DNA of 64,000 bases, from NCBI GenBank assembly GCA_963663165.1, contig OY760175.1:5792001-5856000 (forward strand), written 5' to 3'. The notes beneath the pieces are model-generated. The model was not told the origin of the DNA and did not search any database. It saw nothing but the letters and a program-made list of their open reading frames with translations. Shown in pieces: positions 20,607 through 30,156 of the stretch. Origin of the DNA: an uncultured Desulfospira sp. (lineage in GTDB: Bacteria > Desulfobacterota > Desulfobacteria > Desulfobacterales > Desulfobacteraceae). The position numbers and the translations under genes were made by a program. Every line of letters starts with the position of its first letter. The first letter of the stretch is position 1.

Positions 20607-21280
20607 GCCTGCTCTTCGATAATGAACCCGATCCCCCGGATGGTTTTGATGATGGGGTCTTCTTTTTGGGGTCCCAGTTTTTTTCTTAAATTTTTAATAT
20701 GAACATCCACATAGTTGGACATTGAAAAGGGGTCAAACTCGTCTCCCCACACATGTTCAGCCAGGCTGAACCGAGATACGGCACTCCCCTTGTTGTGCAA
20801 CAGAAATTCAAGAATTGAAAATTCCTTGACGGTCAAATGAAGGGGTTCACCCTTGAGGGAAACCGTTCGGGCCACCGTATCCAGACAGACCTCGCCGGCC
20901 TCAAGCAGGGGGTTTTTGTTTCCCTTTCGCCGGAGCATGGCCCGGATCCGGGCCATGAGCTCGGCCATGGAAAAGGGCTTGGCCAGGTAGTCATCCGCAC
21001 CATAGTCCAGTCCCCGTACCCGGTCCTGGACATCGCTTCTGGCCGTGAGCATCAGGATGGGCATGTCCAGCCCGGCCTTGCGGACCTCTTTGAGGACGGT
21101 TAAGCCGTCCATCCGGGGCAGCATGATATCCAGCAGGACAAGGTCATAGGGCACATCAAAAATTTTATCCAGGGCGGTTTCCCCGTCGCCGGCCGTATCC
21201 ACCCGGTACTGCTTTCGTTTAAGGGTGGTTGTCAGCTGGTCAGACAGACCCCTGTCATCTTCAACAATTAAAATGTTCAT
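20603..21280 (-). CDS. OmpR/PhoB-family response regulator
   Basis: ILIVEDD, DLVLLD, GADDYLAKPF, winged-helix IKTIRGIGF. Confidence 0.95.
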   Translation of the reverse strand: MNILIVEDDRGLSDQLTTTLKRKQYRVDTAGDGETALDKIFDVPYDLVLLDIMLPRMDGLTVLKEVRKAGLDMPILMLTARSDVQDRVRGLDYGADDYLAKPFSMAELMARIRAMLRRKGNKNPLLEAGEVCLDTVARTVSLKGEPLHLTVKEFSILEFLLHNKGSAVSRFSLAEHVWGDEFDPFSMSNYVDVHIKNLRKKLGPQKEDPIIKTIRGIGFIIEEQA

Positions 21281-21368
21281 ATTAAAAATTTTATTGGGCC
21301 AAATCTGTTTTGAAGATACCCGGAAATGATGTAAATCACAAATGTTAAATTAAAACCCAGGGCAAGTC

Positions 21369-23396
21369 CTATGTATCGTCCCCGGGATCGGCTTTGTTCT
21401 GGACCAGATGGTCTGATGAAGAGGCACCCCACCGGTTCATCCGGTGGGAAAGGACATAGTCTGCTCCCTGGTAATAGGCCATCAGTGCCCTGACCCCGGG
21501 ATAATCTTTTCCGACGGTATCCAGTTTGACCTGGTCACGCCCTAAAGGGATCCGGCTTATCTGTCTGCCCGGGGACAGCAACAGCAGTTCTTTTTCGGTC
21601 AAAAGGCCGAGTTTCTGGTAGTTGGCGATCAGGGCCCGGCCTTGAAATTCCGGCGACAGAATATCTTGTCCGAAAAAAAAGCTTTCATAGGAAACATTTA
21701 AGAGGGCCAGAAGGGTCGGGGCCAGATCCATCTGGCTGGACAGGGCCGGGACCTCTTTGGCCGGGATATGCCGGGGGGAATAGATAAACAAAGGAATATG
21801 ATATTTGTCTACGGGCAGCCCAACCCTGCCGGCGCTGTGGGCGCAGTGATCCGCAACCAGTACAAACACCGTGTCATCAAACCATGGCTGGGATCTGGCC
21901 TGGCGGATCAACCGGGATATGGCATAGTCAGTATATTTCACGGCGCCGGCCCGGCCGCTGCCGCCGTGTCCCCCCTTTCCCGGGGACAGGTCAATTTTGC
22001 CTTCAGGAAAGGTATACGGGCGGTGGTTGCTGGTGGTCATGATGTGAAAGAAAAAAGGCCTGCGGGATGCAAAGGCCTGGTTGGCCTCCCGGATGGCCCG
22101 GTTGAACAAATCTTCGTCACAGACCCCCCAGGCATTTTTAAATGTAACCTCGCTGCTGCTCAGCCGGGGCTGATCCACAATCCGGTAGCCGTTTCCTGAA
22201 AAAAAGGCGTTCATGTTGTCGAAAAATCCCCTTCCGCCGTAGAGAAAGGCCGTATCATATCCGAGTTGGTTAAACACCTTGCCCAGGCTGTTCATCCGGC
22301 GGTTATCCGGCCGTTTGACAATGGACCGGCCCGGCGTGGGCGGGATGGACAGGGTAATGGCTTCAAGCCCCCGGGCTGTCCTTGTCCCGGTGGCATAAAA
22401 ATTGGTGAACAGCAGGCCCTGCTTAAACCATTGGTCCATAAAGGGGGTAATGTCCTTTTGCTGGCCAAACCGGGATAAAAATTGGGCACTCAGGCTTTCC
22501 ACGGTGATCAGCATGACATTGAGCTTTTTGGGGGGGCCTGCAGGGCAGATATACCGGTCAATATTATAGGTGCCCCTGCTGAAGGCGAATTTTTCACCGG
22601 CCACCTGGTTCTTCAGACAGATTGAGAGGGCCTGATCGTCGCCGGTGGCATAAAATTTTCGGTAATCCAGCCGGTTGTTCCGGAATGCGGCAAACAGCTG
22701 GTAAGGGCCGTTGGACGCCAGTTCATTGACATAGTTATTCTCCGAAAAACGTCGGGCGGACTGATTTAACAGGCCAAACGACAGCACCGGAAGCATCAGC
22801 AGTATCCCCGCTGTCACGGATTTTTTCTTGAAGGATTCGGTGGTATCAAGGGCCTTTACAATCCCCGGCCGGACCAGGAAAAATATCCCCCCGGCGACAA
22901 TAAGAATGACCGGCAGGATATAAAAGACCGGATAGGACTCCAGAATATTTTCGGTGACCTCCTGCCGGTATACCAGGTAATCCACTGAAATGAAGTTGAA
23001 CCGGACGCCGAACTCGCTCCAAAAAAACCATTCCGCCACCATTGAAAATCCGAGGACGTAGAGTATCAAAAATGACCCGGCCTGGACCAGGCCTTTAACG
23101 ATATGGGTGTGCAGCCACTTGTCGGGCAGCAGCCAGAAAAAAAGAACAAAGGGAATGCCGGCATAACTGAGAAAGGCCGTGTCATAGGCCAGCCCCATGC
23201 CGAAAATATAGACCCACTCACGGGCCGTGTGATCAATAAAGGGCCAGGAGCGGATCAAAAACAGGCCCCGGGTCAGGGCAAATCCGGCCAGGGCAATGAC
23301 CGAAAGCCGGCCGATCACAGCAAACCGGGTGGCGGGGTGTTTAAAAATTGTGGGGATCATTGAATAAGGTTCTCCATTCTTCAGCTTTTCATGCAA
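21369..23396 (-). CDS. LTA synthase / phosphoglycerol transferase family sulfatase-fold membrane protein
   Basis: N-terminal TM helices; ITVESL, RTARGLEA, TTSNHRPY, ADH motifs; start may be ATG 23360. Confidence 0.88.
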   Translation of the reverse strand: MHEKLKNGEPYSMIPTIFKHPATRFAVIGRLSVIALAGFALTRGLFLIRSWPFIDHTAREWVYIFGMGLAYDTAFLSYAGIPFVLFFWLLPDKWLHTHIVKGLVQAGSFLILYVLGFSMVAEWFFWSEFGVRFNFISVDYLVYRQEVTENILESYPVFYILPVILIVAGGIFFLVRPGIVKALDTTESFKKKSVTAGILLMLPVLSFGLLNQSARRFSENNYVNELASNGPYQLFAAFRNNRLDYRKFYATGDDQALSICLKNQVAGEKFAFSRGTYNIDRYICPAGPPKKLNVMLITVESLSAQFLSRFGQQKDITPFMDQWFKQGLLFTNFYATGTRTARGLEAITLSIPPTPGRSIVKRPDNRRMNSLGKVFNQLGYDTAFLYGGRGFFDNMNAFFSGNGYRIVDQPRLSSSEVTFKNAWGVCDEDLFNRAIREANQAFASRRPFFFHIMTTSNHRPYTFPEGKIDLSPGKGGHGGSGRAGAVKYTDYAISRLIRQARSQPWFDDTVFVLVADHCAHSAGRVGLPVDKYHIPLFIYSPRHIPAKEVPALSSQMDLAPTLLALLNVSYESFFFGQDILSPEFQGRALIANYQKLGLLTEKELLLLSPGRQISRIPLGRDQVKLDTVGKDYPGVRALMAYYQGADYVLSHRMNRWGASSSDHLVQNKADPGDDT

Positions 23397-23420
23397 AAAA
23401 GGGTGCGATTATATGCTGGC

Positions 23421-23456
23421 AAAATACCACCCTGTTTATGAAGAAACAGTGAAGAA
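23421..23456 (-). promoter_or_regulatory. Putative OmpR/PhoB-type direct-repeat box plus -10 for the LTA-synthase-family gene
   Basis: Minus strand TTCTTCActgtTTCTTCAt (11-bp period) followed 11 nt later by TATTTT preceded by TGg. Confidence 0.5.
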
Positions 23457-23543
23457 CCATGATGGGAAACAAGTGAACTTTCGGGGGGGGATCGCTTCGC
23501 CGCACAAATCCTGCCGGTAATTGTCTGAGAATCCCACATATTT

Positions 23544-23746
23544 TATATGAAAGTCTCACTAACCTCTTGAGAAGACTTTCATTATTTGTTGTGGGCGGTG
23601 CTTGGTTGGATAACCAAGGCGGCCCGTGGCCGTTATATGAAATACTCAGCAACCTGTTGAGTTCTTTCAATATTTGTTGCGGGCAGTTCTTGGTTGGATA
23701 ACCAAGACGGCCCGTGGCCGTTATAGTGACGGTCACGGGCCGTCTT
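23544..23746 (+). repeat. Two-hairpin repeat array, units B (23544-23633) and A (23634-23725), plus an inverted end fragment (23728-23746)
   Basis: Each unit runs tatatgaaa...tttca-attatttgttgYgggc...cttggttggataaccaag...gcccgtggccgt. Confidence 0.9.
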
Positions 23747-23908
23747 CGGACATTCCCCTTCCCGAATTCAGGACCAGTATTTCAAGATCCCGGGGCCTGA
23801 TCGAAAAGGGCCGGGTGGAAGATATCCGGAAAAAATGGTTTGGGAGTGAATAACGAAACGGGGGCGGAAGACGGGAACCCGTCAGACAGGAAGCCAGAAG
23901 GCCGGGAG

Positions 23909-25027
23909 TTACAGGGTTGCCCCGGCCACCTGGTTGCGGCCGTTGTTTTTGGCCTGGTATAAGAGCTGGTCCGCCTTTGACAGGAAGGTTTCCTTTTCAT
24001 CGGCCGGTCCCGGGGCCATGGTGACCAGGCCGATGCTCACCGTTGCCCGGATTTTGTTGTATTCAAAGTTAAGGACCGTGTTTTCCATTTCAATTCGAAG
24101 CTTTTCAGCCAGGTCTGAAATATAGCTGTTGGACCCGTTGGGGATCAGAATAAGAAACTCCTCTCCGCCGTACCGGACCAGGATATCGGTATCCCGCTGA
24201 AATACTTTTTTTATTTTGTCGGCGATGAGCTTTAAAAATTCATCACCGGCCAGGTGGCCAAAGGTATCATTGATTTGTTTGAATTTATCAATGTCGCACA
24301 ACAGCAGGGTAATATGCCCCTTGCTTCTCACGGCCAGCCGCCACTGGATATTGAATGCCGTATCAAAAAATCTTCGGTTGTGCAGGCCGGTCAGCCCGTC
24401 AAGGTAACTGAGCCTTTCCAGTTCTTTGGTTTTTTTCTTTAAAAGGGAGGCATTATTTAAAGCCTCCCAATATTCCCGGTTTCCCTTGAGGCTTAACTGG
24501 ATCATAAAAAAGGAAAAAATGCCGCAAAGCCCCACCAGGGGCAGATGGATTTTATGGACCGCCATGAAAAGGACCCCGGGCCAGATAATGAGAAAATTAA
24601 ACCCGATGGCCAACCCTAAAAACGGGGCATAGGAGACCACGCCTCCGGCACACAGGGCAATGGTGGTGGCCAGCATGAGCATATGGGTGACCGCTTCATC
24701 GGGCCGGCTCATCACCCGGGCAAAGGCCAGTCCCCAGATCAGGCTGTTTAACAGAACGCAGGCGATCAGATAATAAAAATCAAGGCGCTTGAGATGTTTC
24801 GGGACCCGGTCTTTAAACTGCCATAAGATCACCCTGAGCAGGCAGACCAGGCAAAGCCCCAATGCGAACATCTGGGAAAAATAAGAATCTCTGTAATAGT
24901 ACCCGTCCAGAAACAGGATACCGGCCATGGCGGCAAAATAATAGGGAACCCCCATCAGGGACTGTTTTTTCAAATCCGTGATGACCCTTGAATCCAAATC
25001 CTGCCGTCTGTTTTTGGTCTCAGTCAT
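23909..25027 (-). CDS. Membrane-bound diguanylate cyclase
   Basis: Multiple TM helices, DGLTGLHNRR, RDTD I-site, RYGGEEF. Confidence 0.93.
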   Translation of the reverse strand: MTETKNRRQDLDSRVITDLKKQSLMGVPYYFAAMAGILFLDGYYYRDSYFSQMFALGLCLVCLLRVILWQFKDRVPKHLKRLDFYYLIACVLLNSLIWGLAFARVMSRPDEAVTHMLMLATTIALCAGGVVSYAPFLGLAIGFNFLIIWPGVLFMAVHKIHLPLVGLCGIFSFFMIQLSLKGNREYWEALNNASLLKKKTKELERLSYLDGLTGLHNRRFFDTAFNIQWRLAVRSKGHITLLLCDIDKFKQINDTFGHLAGDEFLKLIADKIKKVFQRDTDILVRYGGEEFLILIPNGSNSYISDLAEKLRIEMENTVLNFEYNKIRATVSIGLVTMAPGPADEKETFLSKADQLLYQAKNNGRNQVAGATL

Positions 25028-25313
25028 TTTTGCTGTATGAAAAAATTTATTGAAGCCTGATCATAATTTTTTTTGGAGGACTATATCAAACTATCCGCGA
25101 ATTGGAAGTAAAAAATTATATTTCTTTAATTACCTGTTATTAGGGAATTTTTTTTACTAAATTTTATAAAAATAAGTGCCGGGGGGGGAGATATTTTGCT
25201 TGACTTGCCCCCGGCTTTATTGAACAGTAAGGCAGATACCCCTTACGATGCGAAAAGCCGGGTAACGGCCGGGAACCTTAGCGTAAAAGACCCGGTACAG
25301 GATAAGAGACAAA

Positions 25314-27092
25314 ATGAAATTAACGCAAAAAGAGAAATTGGACAGGGTCAGGGAACAGATGGCCCTTCACGACATTACGGCTCTGGTGGTCATGAGTTCA
25401 GACCCCCATCAAAGTGAATACCTTCCGGAGCACTGGCAGACCAGGCAATGGCTCACCGGCTTTACCGGATCCGCCGGCACGGCCCTGGTCACCCGGGACC
25501 AGGCCCTGTTATGGACGGATTTTAGGTATTGGATCCAGGCCCGGGACCAGATCCGGGAAACCGGGTTCGAGCTGATCCGCCAGGGGGAACCCGATGCCCC
25601 CGAGGTGGTCCAGTGGCTGCTTGAAAACCTGAAGCCCAGGGACCGGGTGGCCATGGACGGGCAGGTGGTCAGCCTTGAGTCGGTGAGAACCTATCAAAAA
25701 AAATTGGACCCGGGGGATATTCATCTGGTGCTGGATCTTGATCTGATTCAGGAGATCTGGACGGACCGCCCCCCCATGCCGTCGACCCCTGCCTGGGATT
25801 TCCCGGCGGCCTATGCCGGAAAGGACCGGCCGGCCAAATGGGACGACATCCATCGTAAAATGGCCGAAATAAAGGCGGACTGGGTGTTGATGACAGCCCT
25901 GGATGACATTGCATGGACCTTTAACCTCAGGGGCGAAGACATTCCGGCCAACCCGGTGAACCTGGCCTTTGCCCTTGTGGGAAAACAAGAGAAACGGTTA
26001 TTTATGGACCCGGTCAAGATTGATGAATCCCTTGGCCGCCTTCTGGCCCGGGACGGCGTCACCCTGTTCCCTTATCCGGATGTGGTAAAATGCCTTGCCG
26101 GGATGGATGCCGGGCAGCGGATATTGATAGATCCGGATAAAACGTCTTATGCCCTGTTTAATGCGGTGACCCCCGATTGCCGGATCATCGAGGGAAAGAT
26201 CCCTTCAGAACGCCTTAAAGCCGTAAAAAATGATAAGGAAATTGCCCATATCCGGCAGACTGCCGTAAAAGACGGCCTGGCCATGGTCACCTTTTTATAC
26301 CGGCTTGAGCATCCGGATGGGCCGGTGACCGAACTTGGCGCGGCCGAGCTGCTTTACGGCCTAAGGAAGGAACAGCCGGATTTCAAGGACATCAGCTTTA
26401 CGTCCATCATGGCCTTTGGCGAGCATTCTGCCCTTTGCCATTATTCGGCAACACCTGAAACCGATGTCCCCATTACAAACGGGAACCTGTTTTTGACAGA
26501 TTCCGGGGGAAATTACCTGACCGGCACCACGGACATCACCCGGACCCTTCATTTGGGAGCGCCCACGGCCCAGCAGATCCATGATTATACCCTGGTTCTC
26601 AAGGGGCATATTGCCGTGGCCACGGCCCTGTTTCCCGAAGGGACCAAAGGGTTTCAGATCGATACCCTGGCCCGGCAGTTCCTGTGGAAAGAGGGGATGA
26701 ATTTCGGCCACGGCACCGGCCACGGGGTCGGTTTTTATCTGAGCGTCCATGAAGGCCCTGCAAGGATCAGCCCCTATCCCACGGATATTCCTTTAAAATC
26801 AGGCATGCTCCTGACCAATGAACCCGGCCTTTACCGGGAGGGGCATTACGGCATCCGCCTGGAAAACATGGTCCTGGTCCGGGAGGCCCGTGAAACACAA
26901 TTTGGCAAATTCATGAAATTTGAGAGCCTGACCCTGTGCCACTTTGAAACCGCCCTTATGGACAAGGCCCTGCTGACCCCTGAAGAAATCGACTGGGTCA
27001 ATGCCTATCATCGGCGGGTATATGATCTATTAAGCCCGAAACTTGAGCCAAAGGTCAGGGACTGGCTTGCCCTCAAGACCCGGCGCCTTTAA
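25314..27092 (+). CDS. Aminopeptidase P family (M24) Xaa-Pro aminopeptidase
   Basis: DPHQSEY, GFTGSAG, DSGGNY..GTTDITRT, HGTGHGVG, NEPGLY, GIRLEN. Confidence 0.95.
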   Translation: MKLTQKEKLDRVREQMALHDITALVVMSSDPHQSEYLPEHWQTRQWLTGFTGSAGTALVTRDQALLWTDFRYWIQARDQIRETGFELIRQGEPDAPEVVQWLLENLKPRDRVAMDGQVVSLESVRTYQKKLDPGDIHLVLDLDLIQEIWTDRPPMPSTPAWDFPAAYAGKDRPAKWDDIHRKMAEIKADWVLMTALDDIAWTFNLRGEDIPANPVNLAFALVGKQEKRLFMDPVKIDESLGRLLARDGVTLFPYPDVVKCLAGMDAGQRILIDPDKTSYALFNAVTPDCRIIEGKIPSERLKAVKNDKEIAHIRQTAVKDGLAMVTFLYRLEHPDGPVTELGAAELLYGLRKEQPDFKDISFTSIMAFGEHSALCHYSATPETDVPITNGNLFLTDSGGNYLTGTTDITRTLHLGAPTAQQIHDYTLVLKGHIAVATALFPEGTKGFQIDTLARQFLWKEGMNFGHGTGHGVGFYLSVHEGPARISPYPTDIPLKSGMLLTNEPGLYREGHYGIRLENMVLVREARETQFGKFMKFESLTLCHFETALMDKALLTPEEIDWVNAYHRRVYDLLSPKLEPKVRDWLALKTRRL

Positions 27093-27118
27093 CCATCAGG
27101 GCAATCTTATGAATTGAC

Positions 27119-27236
27119 GGAGACCGGAAACCGGTGACCGCAGACCGGAGACGTAAACCTGAAGGAATCGCAACATCCGGTCTTCGGTTTCCAGCCTCCG
27201 GCCTCCATTTTTCCGGTCTACTGTCTCCGGTTTCCG
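27119..27236. repeat. Palindromic heptamer element, GGAGACC/GGAAACC family (related copies about 638-695, 9313-9380, 15958-16015, 38376-38545, 39884-39918)
   Basis: (ggaRacc)n arm, core cgtaaacctgaaggaatcgcaa, inverted (ccggtct/ccggttt)n arm; 9313 core is cgtaaacccgagggcgtcgcaa. Confidence 0.75.
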
Positions 27237-27802
27237 TCAGCCCATTTGCTGACTTGCGGGGCCTGATAGGTTGTAAATTGGTCCAGAAGGGCTGCCGGGT
27301 TGCTTTCGATCATGAGCATGGCGCGGTGGTCTTTTTTGATAAATCCCTGGGCGGCGGAGTGGGCCAGAAAGGACTCCAGGTGGTCATAGAACCCTTCCAC
27401 GTTGAGCAGGCCGCAGGGTTTCTGGTGGAATCCGAGCTGGGCCCAGGTCAGCACTTCAATGAGTTCTTCCAAGGTTCCCAGGCCGCCGGGCAGGGCAATA
27501 TATCCGTCGGCCAGGTCCGCCATCAGGGCTTTGCGCTCGTGCATGGACCCCACCACCTTGAGTTCCGTGAGCCCGGGATGGGAGATTTCTTTGTCCACCA
27601 TGGCTTTGGGCATGACCCCGATGACCTGTCCCTTTCCTTCAAGAATCGTGTCGGCAATAATGCCCATGATGCCGACGCTTGCCCCGCCGTATACCAGGCC
27701 GATCCCCCGGGCCAGAAATTCACGGGCCAGGGCTTTGGCCGCCATGGCGTATTCCGGGCGGTTTCCGGGGCTGGACCCGCAGTAGACGCAAAGGGATTTC
27801 AT
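27218..27802 (-). CDS. LOG family (TIGR00730) nucleotide phosphoribohydrolase
   Basis: CVYCGSS, LVYGG, MHERK, PGGLGTLEE. Confidence 0.95.
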   Translation of the reverse strand: MKSLCVYCGSSPGNRPEYAMAAKALAREFLARGIGLVYGGASVGIMGIIADTILEGKGQVIGVMPKAMVDKEISHPGLTELKVVGSMHERKALMADLADGYIALPGGLGTLEELIEVLTWAQLGFHQKPCGLLNVEGFYDHLESFLAHSAAQGFIKKDHRAMLMIESNPAALLDQFTTYQAPQVSKWADGNRRQ

Positions 27803-28470
27803 TTTATGTTCCTTTTAAGCCATTCATGGCAGGTGCCGACCACCTGGGTGTAGACTTCTTCCTGGGGCCGGGGCGTTGATTTGGGCAGGTCAAAACCGTG
27901 GTCGCCCCCCTCGATCACTTCAAGTTCTGCGCCAATATCTTCTATGACCGGTTTTAGAAAGGAAAGATCGCAGAACGGGTCCCGGGTCCCTTCACAAAAA
28001 AGCATGGGAACACGGATCTGCCGTAACGGCGCGTCGCGCAGTCTGTCTTTTCTGCCCGGCGCATGCAGGGGATACCCTAAAAAAATGATTCCCTGGGGGG
28101 TGATGTCGCCTTGGGCCGCTCCGGCAGCGGCTATTCGGGCGCCTAAGGATTTGCCGGCAACGATCATTTCCGTGCAGGGCTGTTCTGCCTTTAGAAAATC
28201 CATGGCCCTGGCCAGGGCATGAAGCAGGCGGTGATCAGGATCAGGGGAGTTTTTGCCCATTTCCCGGTAAGGAAAGTTAAACCGCAGGCAGGGGTAACTT
28301 TCTTGTGCAAGCCCCCTGGCCGTTGCCATGATGACGGGGTGGTTCATGTCATTGGATGAGCCGTGGGCAAAGACGATTCCCGTGGACTTGGCCGCTGTAT
28401 CCGGAACCGAAAGGATTGCCGAAATCGCATCACCCGTCTCCAGTTCAATGGCAACCTTGTGTTCTTGCAT
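27799..28470 (-). CDS. Alpha/beta hydrolase (KANL3/Tex30-like)
   Basis: FAHGS, RFNFPY, GKSLG nucleophile elbow, GYPLH, GTRDPF, GDH; ATGA overlap with LOG gene. Confidence 0.88.
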   Translation of the reverse strand: MQEHKVAIELETGDAISAILSVPDTAAKSTGIVFAHGSSNDMNHPVIMATARGLAQESYPCLRFNFPYREMGKNSPDPDHRLLHALARAMDFLKAEQPCTEMIVAGKSLGARIAAAGAAQGDITPQGIIFLGYPLHAPGRKDRLRDAPLRQIRVPMLFCEGTRDPFCDLSFLKPVIEDIGAELEVIEGGDHGFDLPKSTPRPQEEVYTQVVGTCHEWLKRNIK

Positions 28471-28551
28471 TGTCTAACACTCCATGGGTAGGTGAATAGG
28501 CCGAAGACTGAAGGCTGAAGGGGGGAACATGGCAGCCTTCAGCCTAATCCC

Positions 28552-29409
28552 CTAATCTCCGTTTTTGCTGTTTTTGATGAAGTCCTTGACCATCATATCC
28601 CCAAGTTCCTTGGACCGTTTGGTGGCCGACTCCACCGCATTGATCAGCGTGGTCCGCAATCCCCCCTGTTCCAGGGTATGAATCCCGGCAATGGCCGTTC
28701 CGCCGGGAGACGCCACCCGGTCTTTGAGCTGGCCCGGATGTTCCCCGGATTCCTGAAGCAGCTTGGCCGCCCCAAGCACGGTCTGGGTGGATAAAAACAG
28801 GGCGTTTTTCCGGCTTAATCCCATTTTTACCCCGGCATCGGCCATGGCGTCCACAATGGTGAAAATATAGGCCGGGCCTGACCCGCTCAATCCTGTAAAG
28901 GCGTCCATGAGAGTGTTTTCCTGGATAAAGACGGTCTTGCCCACAGAGTCAAAAATGGCCCGGGCCATGGCCACGTCATTTTCAAGGACAAATTCTCCGG
29001 CGGCGATGGCGGTGGCGCTTTCTTTTACAAAGGCGCAGATGTTGGGCATGACCCGGATCAGGCGAAGCTCCTTGCCAAGGCCTGCGGCAATGGCGGCCAA
29101 CGGCACCCCGGCGGCAATGGAGATGATCAGCTTGGACATGTCCAGGGCATCGGCGGTCTGCTTGAGGACCGAGCCCAGGATCTGGGGTTTGGTGGCATAA
29201 ACAATGATGTCCGAAGTTCTGGCCACCTCAATGTTGTCCGGGGTAACGCAGACCCCGTATTTTTCTTTGATCTCGTCTAAAAGTTCTGGGTCAATGTCCG
29301 AGCAGAGGATGTCTTCGGGTTGGGCGGCCTTGGACTGGACCAGGCCGCTGACCAGGGCCTCTCCCATGTTGCCGCTGCCGATAAAACCGATTTTTTTCCC
29401 AGTAAGCAT
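28552..29409 (-). CDS. proC: Pyrroline-5-carboxylate reductase
   Basis: GFIGSGNMG, ISIAAG, RVMPN, SGSGPAY, ASPGGT. Confidence 0.97.
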   Translation of the reverse strand: MLTGKKIGFIGSGNMGEALVSGLVQSKAAQPEDILCSDIDPELLDEIKEKYGVCVTPDNIEVARTSDIIVYATKPQILGSVLKQTADALDMSKLIISIAAGVPLAAIAAGLGKELRLIRVMPNICAFVKESATAIAAGEFVLENDVAMARAIFDSVGKTVFIQENTLMDAFTGLSGSGPAYIFTIVDAMADAGVKMGLSRKNALFLSTQTVLGAAKLLQESGEHPGQLKDRVASPGGTAIAGIHTLEQGGLRTTLINAVESATKRSKELGDMMVKDFIKNSKNGD

Positions 29410-29591
29410 GGCTTAACTCCCTGTTGTAAAAGGATAAAGGATGAATTCTGACGGGTGAAAGGGACTCATCCAACAGGTCTCATCATTTTCAAAGGTTGCA
29501 ATTGTTTCTTCATAGCCTGGCTATATTAAGATTAAGCTTTGTTTGGGTCAACAGGAAAATGAAGCTGCTGCAAGGATGATCGCATTGGTAG

Positions 29592-29958
29592 TCCGACATG
29601 ATATTTGGATGTTGTTGGTAAATGTAAAAAAAAGGAAACCGGAGGAAGGGAGACGGGAGACTGAAACCGTCAAGCTCCCTGGTTTGAGCGGTAAGGTTGG
29701 AGCGGGCCATGCCCGCGATCGAATCGCGGGCATGGCCCGCTCCAACCTATCATCTGCCGAAAATATGATGATGGATACCGGATGAGGCGGTGTTGTTGGG
29801 TCGGCCGCAGGGGCGATTCATGAATCGCCCTTTCATGAATAACATTTACGAGGGCAATTCATGAATTGCCCCTACACCTCCACTTGAAATATAATAATCC
29901 AGAAATTCAATTTTTTTTGGAGTTAAGTGGATTATTACAAATGCGGGCACCTCAGGAA
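29592..29958. repeat. Composite dispersed element with nested REP doublets (29694-29748 and 29807-29875)
   Basis: Colinear with 5603-5820 but with two extra internal segments. Confidence 0.8.
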
Positions 29959-30156
29959 CCCCTGTAAGGGACCACTTATCCCAAACCCGGGGGGTATTAT
30001 TTGAATCGTGTTAGAAAAATGAATGGCATTAACAAGAAAAATAAATATCATTGACATAATCTGATTTTTTGGATATCTGTGCACATTGAATCCCGTAGTT
30101 ATGTTTGGTAATTTGTTTTAATCGTACTTATCGCAACACAAAAATTGGAGGTATTT

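Noticed and set aside
23544..23725. Integron attC sites (units end in GTTATAT)
   Set aside because: Units fold as two separate hairpins rather than one end-to-end palindrome with an RYYYAAC partner. No ORFs lie between units and no integrase is in the window.
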